From: Armatimonadota bacterium
Lineage (GTDB): Bacteria; Armatimonadota; UBA5829; DSUL01
NCBI GenBank assembly: GCA_039811685.1
Contig: JBDHZC010000002.1
Span: 1 to 64,000, forward strand
DNA length: 64,000 nt
Direction: 5' to 3'
The notes below the pieces were generated by a model that did not search any database, was not told the DNA's origin, and saw only the letters and a program-made list of their open reading frames with translations. Shown here piece by piece: positions 9,667 to 17,938 of the stretch; position 1 is the stretch's first letter; each line of letters opens with the position of its first letter. Made by a program: the position numbers and the translations under genes.

Positions 9667-11742
9667 ATGTTTGTCCCTCTGGACTGGATTTCCGATTACG
9701 TAGATCTGAGGATGACTCCACAGGAGACCGCTGAGGCTCTCACGATGCTGGGGCTCGAGGTCGAAGACTGGAGCGAGGCTGGCGCTTCTGGCTCAGCGGT
9801 GCTGGATATCACTGTTACGTCCAACCGCGGGGACTGTCTGTCGATGATCGGGGTTGCCCGAGAGCTTGCGGCGGATGAGAATGTTGCGCTGAAGCAGCCT
9901 TCCTTTGAGATGCTTGCGGAGGGCCCGCCTGCCGAAGAGTTGGCTGCCGTTCAGATTGCGGACGAAGAGCTTTGCTACAGGTACGCAGCGACGATTGTAC
10001 AGGGCGTGCAGGTGGGTGAGTCTCCAGAGTGGATGCAGAGCCGTCTGAGCGCCGCTGGAATGCGCCCCATCAACAACATTGTTGACGTCACCAACTATGT
10101 CATGCTCGAAACAGGGCAACCCTTACACGCATTTGACCTGGATCTTCTCGGTGGTCAGCAGATCATAGTCAGGCGAGCCAGACAGGGGGAAACCCTTGTC
10201 ACACTTGACGGTCAAAAGCGCGAGCTGACTACGGACATGCTGGCTATATGCGACCGAGATCGCCCTGTCGCGGTGGCAGGGGTCATGGGTGGCGCCGAGA
10301 GCGAAGTGACCGGCAAGACAGTCAACGTTCTCATCGAGTCCGCCTGCTTCAACGGATCTTCAATCCGGCGCACAAGCCGTGCCCTGGGCCTTCCCACTGA
10401 AGCATCCTACCGATTTGAAAGAGGCGTTGACCTCGGAGGAACCGCGCGAGCGGCTACCCGGGCGGCAGAGCTCATACGCCAGCTTGCCGGAGGGACCATC
10501 GCGCAGGGGGTGATTGACGTTGTCGCCAGAGAGCCGCAGGAGCGAGAGGTCCTGCTGCGGCCCCAGCGCGCCAGCAAGCTGCTTGGAATCCCATTGACAG
10601 CTGAGGAGTGCCAGGAGTCCCTCGGGCGCTTGTCATTCGAGACCAAGACGCAGGGCGGGGATCTCCTTGTCAGGATTCCCACTTACCGAAATGACATAAA
10701 TGAGGAAATAGACCTTATCGAAGAGATTGGCCGCGTCATCGGTTTCAACAATCTGCCTTCCACGCTGATTGACGGGGTCTCACTCCAGGGCAAAGACAGC
10801 CAGTGGGGGAAACTGGAGAGCAAAGTCCGAGGTGTTCTTCAGTCGTGCGGTCTGCAGGAAGTCGTAACTCACAGCATCGTCCCGCGGGAGACTCCAGAAG
10901 CTCAGGGAATCCAACCCGTAGAGCTGCGCAATGCTCTATCAGCCGATGTCGCGAAAATGCGTACGTCATTGGTTCCATCTCTTGTACAAGTCCTCGGCGG
11001 AAACTTCAGCCACGACATCCGCGATCTGTGGGTTTTTGAAGTTGGCAAGGTTTTCCATCAGGGTGAAGCTGCTCCGGCCGAGAGCAGGCGGGTGGCGGGT
11101 TGTTTGATGGGGACACGGTGGGACGGCGCGTGGACGCTTCCAGACAAGAAGCTGCATCCTGAGGGGTATGCCAGAGCGCTGTCGGTGGATTTCTATCAGG
11201 CGAAAGGTGCCGTTGAGGAACTGCTGCAGCGCTGCGGGATTGACAGCGTGAGTTTCTGCCCCACTGCCGGGCCGCTCTGGCGGGACGGTTATGTGGCCGA
11301 GATCCGGCAGGGTGACTCAATACTGGGCTTTGTGGGAGAAGTGCGCCCGGAGCTCAGACAGGCGTATGGCTTGAAAGCGATTGCCTTCGGCTTTGAGCTC
11401 AATCTGGAAGCTCTGCGCGATCTTCAGACGCAAGATCTGGACTGGTCTGCCCCGTCCAGATTCCCGGCAGTGAAGCGAGATCTGGCAATCGTAGTGGATC
11501 AGGCGGTTGAATACGCTACGGTTGTTGCGACAATTCGCCGCTCTGCGCCAGAGATTCTAGAGGGCATAGAGCTCTTTGACATGTATCAGGGAGAGCAGCT
11601 TGCGCCCGGCAAAAAGAGCCTAGCGTATTCACTTACTTTCAGGTCTTACGAAAAAACCTTAACAGAAGACGAGATTTCTGCTATTATAGCGGCTGTGCGC
11701 TCCGCGCTGGAAACAGAACTGGGCGCGCAGTTCAGAGAGTAA
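9667..11742 (+). CDS. pheT: Phenylalanine--tRNA ligase beta subunit (short, no B2 OB-fold)
   Basis: NRGDCLSMIGVARE, PINNIVDVTNYVMLETGQPLHAFD, RFERGVD, DLIEEIGR, C-terminal FDX-ACB (RDLA...GKKSLA). Confidence 0.96.
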   Translation: MFVPLDWISDYVDLRMTPQETAEALTMLGLEVEDWSEAGASGSAVLDITVTSNRGDCLSMIGVARELAADENVALKQPSFEMLAEGPPAEELAAVQIADEELCYRYAATIVQGVQVGESPEWMQSRLSAAGMRPINNIVDVTNYVMLETGQPLHAFDLDLLGGQQIIVRRARQGETLVTLDGQKRELTTDMLAICDRDRPVAVAGVMGGAESEVTGKTVNVLIESACFNGSSIRRTSRALGLPTEASYRFERGVDLGGTARAATRAAELIRQLAGGTIAQGVIDVVAREPQEREVLLRPQRASKLLGIPLTAEECQESLGRLSFETKTQGGDLLVRIPTYRNDINEEIDLIEEIGRVIGFNNLPSTLIDGVSLQGKDSQWGKLESKVRGVLQSCGLQEVVTHSIVPRETPEAQGIQPVELRNALSADVAKMRTSLVPSLVQVLGGNFSHDIRDLWVFEVGKVFHQGEAAPAESRRVAGCLMGTRWDGAWTLPDKKLHPEGYARALSVDFYQAKGAVEELLQRCGIDSVSFCPTAGPLWRDGYVAEIRQGDSILGFVGEVRPELRQAYGLKAIAFGFELNLEALRDLQTQDLDWSAPSRFPAVKRDLAIVVDQAVEYATVVATIRRSAPEILEGIELFDMYQGEQLAPGKKSLAYSLTFRSYEKTLTEDEISAIIAAVRSALETELGAQFRE

Positions 11743-11897
11743 CAGACCTCCGGCGCACGGCTGAAGAGGTCTGACACGCGGAGAAGTCCGGTGGAACCGG
11801 GCTTTCAGTTGAGTTCTTTCAGGAAGAAAGATGCCGGCGAGCAGGTGGCGGCGTGGTCAACAACGGCCGCGAATGAGCCGGCAGGAAGGAGCCAGGG

Positions 11898-12533
11898 ATG
11901 GCAACAGAGAGACTCTCAGTTTCTCAGGTGGAAGCGGTCATCAGACAGCTTCGAGACGTCATCGGGGTACGGGTAGTCAGCGACCCCGCGGGCGTCATTC
12001 AGGAAATCCACGTCCTGACACAGAGCCAGCGCGCCCCCAAGCAGGTTGTGCGAGACGTCGAGTCGGCACTGCAGGCACGGCTTGGCATCACTTTGGATCA
12101 CAAAAAAGTGTCTGTCGCGCAGGTTCAAAGCGGTCACGCGCCCGCTGAGACCTCACGAATGGAGTTTGTGGACGTGTCCGTGTCTCTGACCGGCACAACC
12201 GCGGAAGCCGTTGTGCGCGTGAAGCGGGACGGATCCACTTACTCGGGCTCCTGCACCGGCTCTTCTACGACAGCGGGACAGATCAAATCTGTTGCGTCGG
12301 CGACCCTGTCGGCGGTAGCATCCGCCGTGCCAGACTCCCCCACTCTGCTGGTTGAGGACGTCTGTCTGCACGGCGTTGGTGAGCATCAGGTCCTGACGGT
12401 TCTGGCGACCTGGATCGGAAACCGTACCGATGAAGTGCTGTGCGGATCGTGCATCGTGAAACAAGACCCCATCAAGACAGCAGTTTTCGCGGCTCTGGAT
12501 GCCGTGAACCGGCGCATCAGTTCCGCTAACTAG
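11898..12533 (+). CDS. Conserved hypothetical protein; C-terminal part resembles a LeuA allosteric/regulatory-type fold
   Basis: AGGAG RBS; EIHVL...PKQVVRDVES...DHKKVSVAQV; C-terminal D-x-x-K-T-A-V-F-A-A-L-D-A-V-N-R. Fold assignment is inference. Confidence 0.75.
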   Translation: MATERLSVSQVEAVIRQLRDVIGVRVVSDPAGVIQEIHVLTQSQRAPKQVVRDVESALQARLGITLDHKKVSVAQVQSGHAPAETSRMEFVDVSVSLTGTTAEAVVRVKRDGSTYSGSCTGSSTTAGQIKSVASATLSAVASAVPDSPTLLVEDVCLHGVGEHQVLTVLATWIGNRTDEVLCGSCIVKQDPIKTAVFAALDAVNRRISSAN

Positions 12534-12709
12534 AAGAGATGCCAGACAGCGGAGTTCTCCACGCGAACTAGAGGAGACAGACTATCTTTGAACGCCGGTC
12601 TCGGGCCGGCGGCATGAATGGCAAAAGCGAAGACGGTAGCCACTTCGAGCGAAGCAATGCGGCCTGCCATAGCGAGGCGGGTCAGCGTCAATAGAAGAAG
12701 GTTACGAAA

Positions 12710-12802
12710 ATGCGAACACTGACGAGGGTGCTCATAAAGATCGCTCCTTTGTCTTTGACCTGCGGAGCCTGGTTGAAGATCTGGCCCAAGTTGCCGGCGT
12801 AA
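12710..12802 (+). CDS. Unannotated 30-aa peptide MRTLTRVLIKIAPLSLTCGAWLKIWPKLPA
   Basis: ATG 12710 to TAA 12802; purine-rich AGAAGAAGG upstream; basic N-terminus, hydrophobic core, CGAW...W tail. Below the ORF-track size cut-off. Confidence 0.6.
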   Translation: MRTLTRVLIKIAPLSLTCGAWLKIWPKLPA

Positions 12803-13027
12803 TTCAACACCGGAAAGAAACTGAGGTTGGACAGATTATCAACACAGCCCAAAGTCAATGCAGCGAGAGATGTGTTCGGGATTTGCGAGAGAAAACGCCG
12901 TTCGTGCTGCCCGCCGGAGGCCGGCAGCTCACAGAGAGTCTGAGATTTGAGCCAGGTGGATAGATAATGCGAGGGATTTGACAGACATCAAGAAGTCGAC
13001 GAGACATGAGGGTAGTGGGCACAAGAG

Positions 13028-14572
13028 ATGATTGAAGCTCGGCCACACAGGCATCAGACTGTTGTCGAGCGCACGGTTCAGACGCTGCAAGGCTCACTGG
13101 AGCGGTGGCGCGCTGTGGATGGCGCCCGCGCGTTCAGTCTGCTCCAGACAGCAGTCTTCACCGCGTTTCTGGTTATCCTTGCCACAGCCGTCCTGCGGCA
13201 ACGCTGGGATGGTTTGTCTGTCAGCGCCGCTGCGGTTTTTCTGCTCATTGCTCTCTCCAGCGAACTGCTTCCTGTCCGGCTTGCTGAGGGTAACGGAGAG
13301 ATAACGCTCACTCCGATTATTGTCGCGGGCGTGGTGGCTCTGTTTGGTCCCGGTTACGCGGTTATCGTGGCGTTTCTTGCCGCCAGCCTGGGCAGTCTCA
13401 TTCACAAAAGGCTACTGGATGGAGAGCGCGAGCTGACAGCGTCTTTCTGGCAGTATCTGCTCTACAACTCCTGCTGCATTGGCTGCCACGCGGGCGCTGG
13501 CGCTCTGGTGTACCAGGCGCTCGGCGGACCGCGTCTGATAGATGTCAACCTCAGCACCTTTCCACTGAGCCATTTCCTGATCCCGCTTCTTATTTCAACG
13601 TTGTTCGCCCTTGGGCTTGACCTGGCGCTCTTCTCGATTGGCAGTGCGGTGGTGGAATCAGCGGAGGAGCCGCGTGTCTCCTTCGAGATGGTCTGGATGC
13701 GGGCAAAGGTAACCTGGCTGAGAAGCCTTGCGGGCCTGATCCCGAACTATCTGATGTTCACACCGTTTGCCTTTGTACTGGCTTATCTGTATGTCTGGCG
13801 CGGGCTGGGTTTCTGGGGTGTGCTGCCTATTCTCGTCCCGTTCTTCAGCGTCCGGCATGCCCTGAACGTCCTGATGGCCAGTGTCAAGACTTACCGCCAG
13901 ACAACCACCACACTGGCTATGTTGATGCAGAAGTATCATCCCTATACGCGTGGGCACCTGAAGCGGGTGGCTGACCTCAGTCTACGCCTGGCGCGTGAGC
14001 TCCGGTTGCCAGCCGCCAGTCAGCAGTGGATATGGGAGGCAGGACTGCTCCACGACATTGGGAAAGTCGGGGTTTCTGAGCAGATACTGGATAAGCAGGG
14101 CAAGCTGACGGATGACGAATGGACCGTAATAAAGGCGCATCCCGTGAAAAGCGCAGAGATCCTGAGTCAACTGGAGTTTCTGGACCCACTCGTACCCTGG
14201 GTGCGACACCACCATGAGCGGGTGGACGGAAGAGGATATCCAGATGGACTGACAGAGCGTGAGATTCCTATTGAGGCTGCGATCATTGCAGTTGCAGACG
14301 CCTTCGACGCGATGACGGGCTCGCGCAACAGCAGCGAAGGCCGAACCCGGCGGCAATGCGACGCCTGTGAATGGAAACCACAGACCGGCGCTGATATGCC
14401 TGAGGAGTGTCCGGAGTGCGGCGCGACACTTATTCGCAGCTATCGCAAGCCGATGTCTGTAGAAGAGGGCATCCATCAGTTGCGCAGCGGAGTCGGAACT
14501 CAGTTTTCTCCGCGTGTGGTCCGGGCATTTGTGCGCATGATGGCGCGAGAGGAAGCTGCGGCCGGTGGATAA
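13028..14572 (+). CDS. Membrane-bound HD-GYP phosphodiesterase with multi-TM sensor and inserted zinc ribbon
   Basis: About 7-8 hydrophobic segments, then GH..RVA, LLHDIGK, HP..S, HHERVDGRGYPDGL, VADAFDAMT, then CDAC-x13-CPEC before RSYRK. Start uncertain. Confidence 0.9.
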   Translation: MIEARPHRHQTVVERTVQTLQGSLERWRAVDGARAFSLLQTAVFTAFLVILATAVLRQRWDGLSVSAAAVFLLIALSSELLPVRLAEGNGEITLTPIIVAGVVALFGPGYAVIVAFLAASLGSLIHKRLLDGERELTASFWQYLLYNSCCIGCHAGAGALVYQALGGPRLIDVNLSTFPLSHFLIPLLISTLFALGLDLALFSIGSAVVESAEEPRVSFEMVWMRAKVTWLRSLAGLIPNYLMFTPFAFVLAYLYVWRGLGFWGVLPILVPFFSVRHALNVLMASVKTYRQTTTTLAMLMQKYHPYTRGHLKRVADLSLRLARELRLPAASQQWIWEAGLLHDIGKVGVSEQILDKQGKLTDDEWTVIKAHPVKSAEILSQLEFLDPLVPWVRHHHERVDGRGYPDGLTEREIPIEAAIIAVADAFDAMTGSRNSSEGRTRRQCDACEWKPQTGADMPEECPECGATLIRSYRKPMSVEEGIHQLRSGVGTQFSPRVVRAFVRMMAREEAAAGG

Positions 14573-15284
14573 TCACACCTTTGTAGTAGCCGCGTTTGCG
14601 CTCGCTGGAGTTGTTTGCGTTGTCAGCCTTTACGTTTCGCTTCTCTGGCTGCCGCGCAAGATGGAGTCCGCGTATCAGTGCGCGCTCAGAACTCTGGCAA
14701 CGGCAGTTGAGACCAAAGACTCTCGCACACTGGGACATGCTGAGCGCGTAGCGGAAATGGTCGCGGCCATCGGCCGGGAGCTTGGACTCTCAAAAGATCA
14801 GATCAAGTGGGCGCGCTACGGAGCGCTGTTGCGTGATATCGGAAAAGCGGCCGTTCCTCACCGAATTCTCAACAAGCAGGGTCCGCTGAGCCCTGGAGAG
14901 TTGCGCGTAGTACACAGCCACGTACGCGAAGGCGCTGAAATAGTGGATCAAATCCCATTTCTACAGAAGCTGCGGCCCATTATTCTGCACCACCACGAGC
15001 GCTGGGATGGAACCGGCTACCCGGATGGACTGGCGGGCGAAGACATACCACTGGCATCGCGCATCATCGGCCTTGTGGACGATTATGAGGCGATTATCTC
15101 CGAGCGCCCCTACCACCTGCCGATGTCTGAGGACGCCGCCCGCAAATTGATTGTGGACGGCGCAGGGTCGAAGTACGACGCGCGTGTCGTGCGAGCTTTT
15201 GTGAGCGTTGCTGACACTGTGCGCCTGCGCGCGCCTGTAGAAGAAACGACTGAGGCTCGGGTCAGCTCAGCAGTTCCAGCGTGA
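14565..15284 (+). CDS. Single-TM HD-GYP protein with degenerate HD motif
   Basis: ETKD..T.GHAERVA, LLRDIGK (H to R), HHERWDGTGYPDGL. Overlaps the upstream gene by 8 nt. Confidence 0.88.
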   Translation: MDNHTFVVAAFALAGVVCVVSLYVSLLWLPRKMESAYQCALRTLATAVETKDSRTLGHAERVAEMVAAIGRELGLSKDQIKWARYGALLRDIGKAAVPHRILNKQGPLSPGELRVVHSHVREGAEIVDQIPFLQKLRPIILHHHERWDGTGYPDGLAGEDIPLASRIIGLVDDYEAIISERPYHLPMSEDAARKLIVDGAGSKYDARVVRAFVSVADTVRLRAPVEETTEARVSSAVPA

Positions 15285-16867
15285 TGAAAAGGCCTCCTGC
15301 GGTAGAAAGCGCACAGAGCGCCGAAGCGCCCGCGAAAAGTCACGCAGACTTCCTCCTGCTTTTGTGCATTCTGCTGGCTGCGTTGGCGCTGCGGCTTCCG
15401 GGCACTCAGTGGGAACTTCCGGGCGCGCTTCACTCCTACGGCTATCATCCTGATGAGCTTCCACTGCTGAGCGCGGCAAGCAATGTGAACTTTCTGGCCG
15501 GGCGGTTTGACCCTGGGTTCTACAACTATGGAACTCTCTGGATATATCTGCTCAGAATTCCCCTGAGTCTCGCATCCGAACCAGGCGGCTTCAACCTCGG
15601 GTTGGCGACTATGCTGGCAAGGCTTATGGCCGCTGGTTTTGGCGTGAGTACTGCGCTGATATGCTGGCACGCGGGCAAAGCTCTGGCCGGGCGCAACGGC
15701 GCCGCCCTGGCGGCCACTTGCGTGGCTCTGGCTCCACTGCACGTACAGCAGTCTCAGTTTGCGACTGTGGATGTTCCGGCGACGTTCTTCGTGGCGTTGT
15801 GTCTGTATCTGTCGGTGGCCGGGCGTCTGCCGTGGGCGGGAGTGGCGGCGGGATTAGCTGGCGCAACCAAGTACACATGCGCGCTTGTTATTATCAGTCC
15901 GCTTCTCGCATGCTTTCTGAGTTCGGAAACAAAGAATCGCGCGCTGTCGGCCGGACTCGTAGTCGTGACGGCCGCACTTGGCTTTATCGTCGCGTGCCCG
16001 GGCGCCGTGCTGTGGCCTCACGAGTTCCTCAGTGGATTCTTTCAGGAAGCCCAGCATGCGAGCACCGGTCATGGCCTGGTCTTTCTGAATACTGGCCCGG
16101 GGTGGCTCTACCACCTGCTGCACTCACTGCTCCCCGGACTGGGATGGCCACTGCTGGCACTGTCCATCGGCGCCATAGGAATATGCCTGGTGAAAGGCCC
16201 TCGGAGCCTGTGGCCGACGCTGGCGTTTACCGGAGCCTTTTACGCTCTGCTTTCAAGCGCGGAAGTTCGCTTTGCCCGGTACGTTATTCCGCTGATTCCT
16301 GCGTTTGGAATGTTAATAGCAGCCCAAAGCGCCTGCTGGCGGCCGGCACTCTGGGCAGGTACGGCGGCTCTGACAGTGACACTGGTGTACGCGATCCTTC
16401 TGGACAGGCCGTTCCTGACTCTCGATCCGCGAACTGCTGCCGCTGCCTGGATTTCTCAAAATGTGCGGCCGGGCTCCAGCATTGGTATGCCAGGCGTTCC
16501 CTGGTTTTACTCACCACCCCTCTCGCCGGAGTTTGGGCAGCTATCCGCGCAGGCAAGGCGTGAGGCCGCCTCCGCCGACGGCAAGTACAAACTTGAGATT
16601 CCCGACAATGAATGGGGCGTCTCCGTCCTGGAGAAGCGCCCGGACTATGTCATCCTCAGCAGCTATGAGTGGATGGACCGCAGGCGTCTGCGCGACCCGG
16701 ACTATGAGACTTTTATGGCCCGGCTGGACAGGGCCTACACGCTTCAGAAAAGCTTTGGAGGAGATCCGCCCGTACGATTCTTTACGCTTGCAGAGAGCCT
16801 CCCGCATGACATGGAGTACGTGACACCACAGATTGACATCTATGGACGAACGCCAGCGCGAAGATGA
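15281..16867 (+). CDS. GT39/ArnT-like membrane glycosyltransferase
   Basis: LALRL...HPDE, ARL, SQFATVDVP, ATKY, RYVIPLIP; multi-TM. Confidence 0.85.
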   Translation: MMKRPPAVESAQSAEAPAKSHADFLLLLCILLAALALRLPGTQWELPGALHSYGYHPDELPLLSAASNVNFLAGRFDPGFYNYGTLWIYLLRIPLSLASEPGGFNLGLATMLARLMAAGFGVSTALICWHAGKALAGRNGAALAATCVALAPLHVQQSQFATVDVPATFFVALCLYLSVAGRLPWAGVAAGLAGATKYTCALVIISPLLACFLSSETKNRALSAGLVVVTAALGFIVACPGAVLWPHEFLSGFFQEAQHASTGHGLVFLNTGPGWLYHLLHSLLPGLGWPLLALSIGAIGICLVKGPRSLWPTLAFTGAFYALLSSAEVRFARYVIPLIPAFGMLIAAQSACWRPALWAGTAALTVTLVYAILLDRPFLTLDPRTAAAAWISQNVRPGSSIGMPGVPWFYSPPLSPEFGQLSAQARREAASADGKYKLEIPDNEWGVSVLEKRPDYVILSSYEWMDRRRLRDPDYETFMARLDRAYTLQKSFGGDPPVRFFTLAESLPHDMEYVTPQIDIYGRTPARR

Positions 16868-17768
16868 TCCGCTGCGCGGTGCGTGGCGCGCATGTGTGGA
16901 CAGCTTTGTTGAGCATCTGCTGACGGAGCGCGGATGCTCAGAACACACTCTGCGCGCGTACGGCGCGGACACGGTCAGCTTCGCAGAGTATGTGCGCGTT
17001 GAGTTTCCAGGTGTCCAGCCACAAAACATCGGACGGGAGCACGTAGCCCACTGGCTGGAGTATTTGCGCTCGGAAGAGTACCGGGCTACCACGATCGCGC
17101 GCAAACTCACAAGCATCCGCGTATTCAGCCTCTTTCTCGTTGACAGCTCAGTGCTGAATCAGAACCCGACAGCCTCTCACGCACTTCCAAAACCAGCGCG
17201 TCGGCTTCCAGGGACTTTGACTCTGGAAGAAGTGGAGGCATTGCTGGATGAGCCGGACCTCACAGAGCCCGCTGGACTGAGAAACCGCGCGATGCTGGAG
17301 CTGATGTACGCCAGCGGTCTGCGCGTGAGTGAGCTGGTAAGCGTGAAGTTCTCGGACCTCGACTTGCAGGAGGGTCTTGTGCGGTGCGTGGGAAAGCGCA
17401 ACAAGGAACGGGTTGTTCCGTTCGGAGAAAGCGCCGACATTTGTCTGAGGGCTTATATTGAATCGGCGCGCCCCGCTCTTGCGCGCAAGCTGGATGAACA
17501 TGTGTTTGTCGGACCACGCGGTCCACTGACACGCGTAGGCTTCTGGAAAATTGTCCAGCGATACGCGAAAAGCGCAGGCATTCGGACTCGCGTGACACCT
17601 CACGTTCTAAGGCACAGCTTTGCGACGCATCTGCTGGATGCGGGCGCGGATCTGCGCAGCATTCAGGAAATGCTGGGGCACTCCAGTTTGACCACCACTC
17701 AGATATACACTCACGTCAGCCGCTCGGCGATTGAGAAAATTTATCGCAAAGCTCACCCCAGAGCGTAG
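16842..17768 (+). CDS. xerD: Site-specific tyrosine recombinase XerD-like
   Basis: ERGCSEHTLRAY, RNRAMLELMYASGLRVSEL, GKRNKERVVP, TPHVLRHSFATHLL.AGADLRSIQEMLGH..L.TTQIYTH. Confidence 0.9.
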   Translation: MDERQREDDPLRGAWRACVDSFVEHLLTERGCSEHTLRAYGADTVSFAEYVRVEFPGVQPQNIGREHVAHWLEYLRSEEYRATTIARKLTSIRVFSLFLVDSSVLNQNPTASHALPKPARRLPGTLTLEEVEALLDEPDLTEPAGLRNRAMLELMYASGLRVSELVSVKFSDLDLQEGLVRCVGKRNKERVVPFGESADICLRAYIESARPALARKLDEHVFVGPRGPLTRVGFWKIVQRYAKSAGIRTRVTPHVLRHSFATHLLDAGADLRSIQEMLGHSSLTTTQIYTHVSRSAIEKIYRKAHPRA

Positions 17769-17835
17769 CTATAGTTTTCTCTCTGAAGCTGGACTTAGTA
17801 TTACAGCAACGTCAAAAGTAAGCAGGACATCCCTG

Positions 17836-17864
17836 TTGACATGCGCGGGCTGGGCGAGTATGCT
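17836..17864 (+). promoter_or_regulatory. sigma70-type promoter
   Basis: TTGACA-N17-TATGCT upstream of the gene at 17939. Confidence 0.65.
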
Positions 17865-17938
17865 AACTGCCGGTGCAATAACCGCGCGCGTCAAGGCGCG
17901 GATCAACTTGTCGCTCAACGCCGAAAGCCCTAAGACAA

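Noticed and set aside
12610..12690. c-di-GMP-I riboswitch upstream of the peptide/HD-GYP genes
   Set aside because: GGCAAA and ACGGTAGCC fragments are present, but the GAAA-capped P2 and GCAAA junction are missing. A cmscan would settle it.
12615..12694. 26-aa ORF MNGKSEDG...
   Set aside because: No RBS and no distinctive composition, unlike the 12710 peptide.
15661..16563. 300-aa alternate-frame ORF, plus similar long ORFs at 47028, 51034 and 62658
   Set aside because: They overlap well-supported genes; such shadows are expected at high GC.
16842..17768. Integrase of a prophage or island
   Set aside because: The sequence is housekeeping XerD-like, overlaps its neighbour, and has no att repeats or phage genes nearby.
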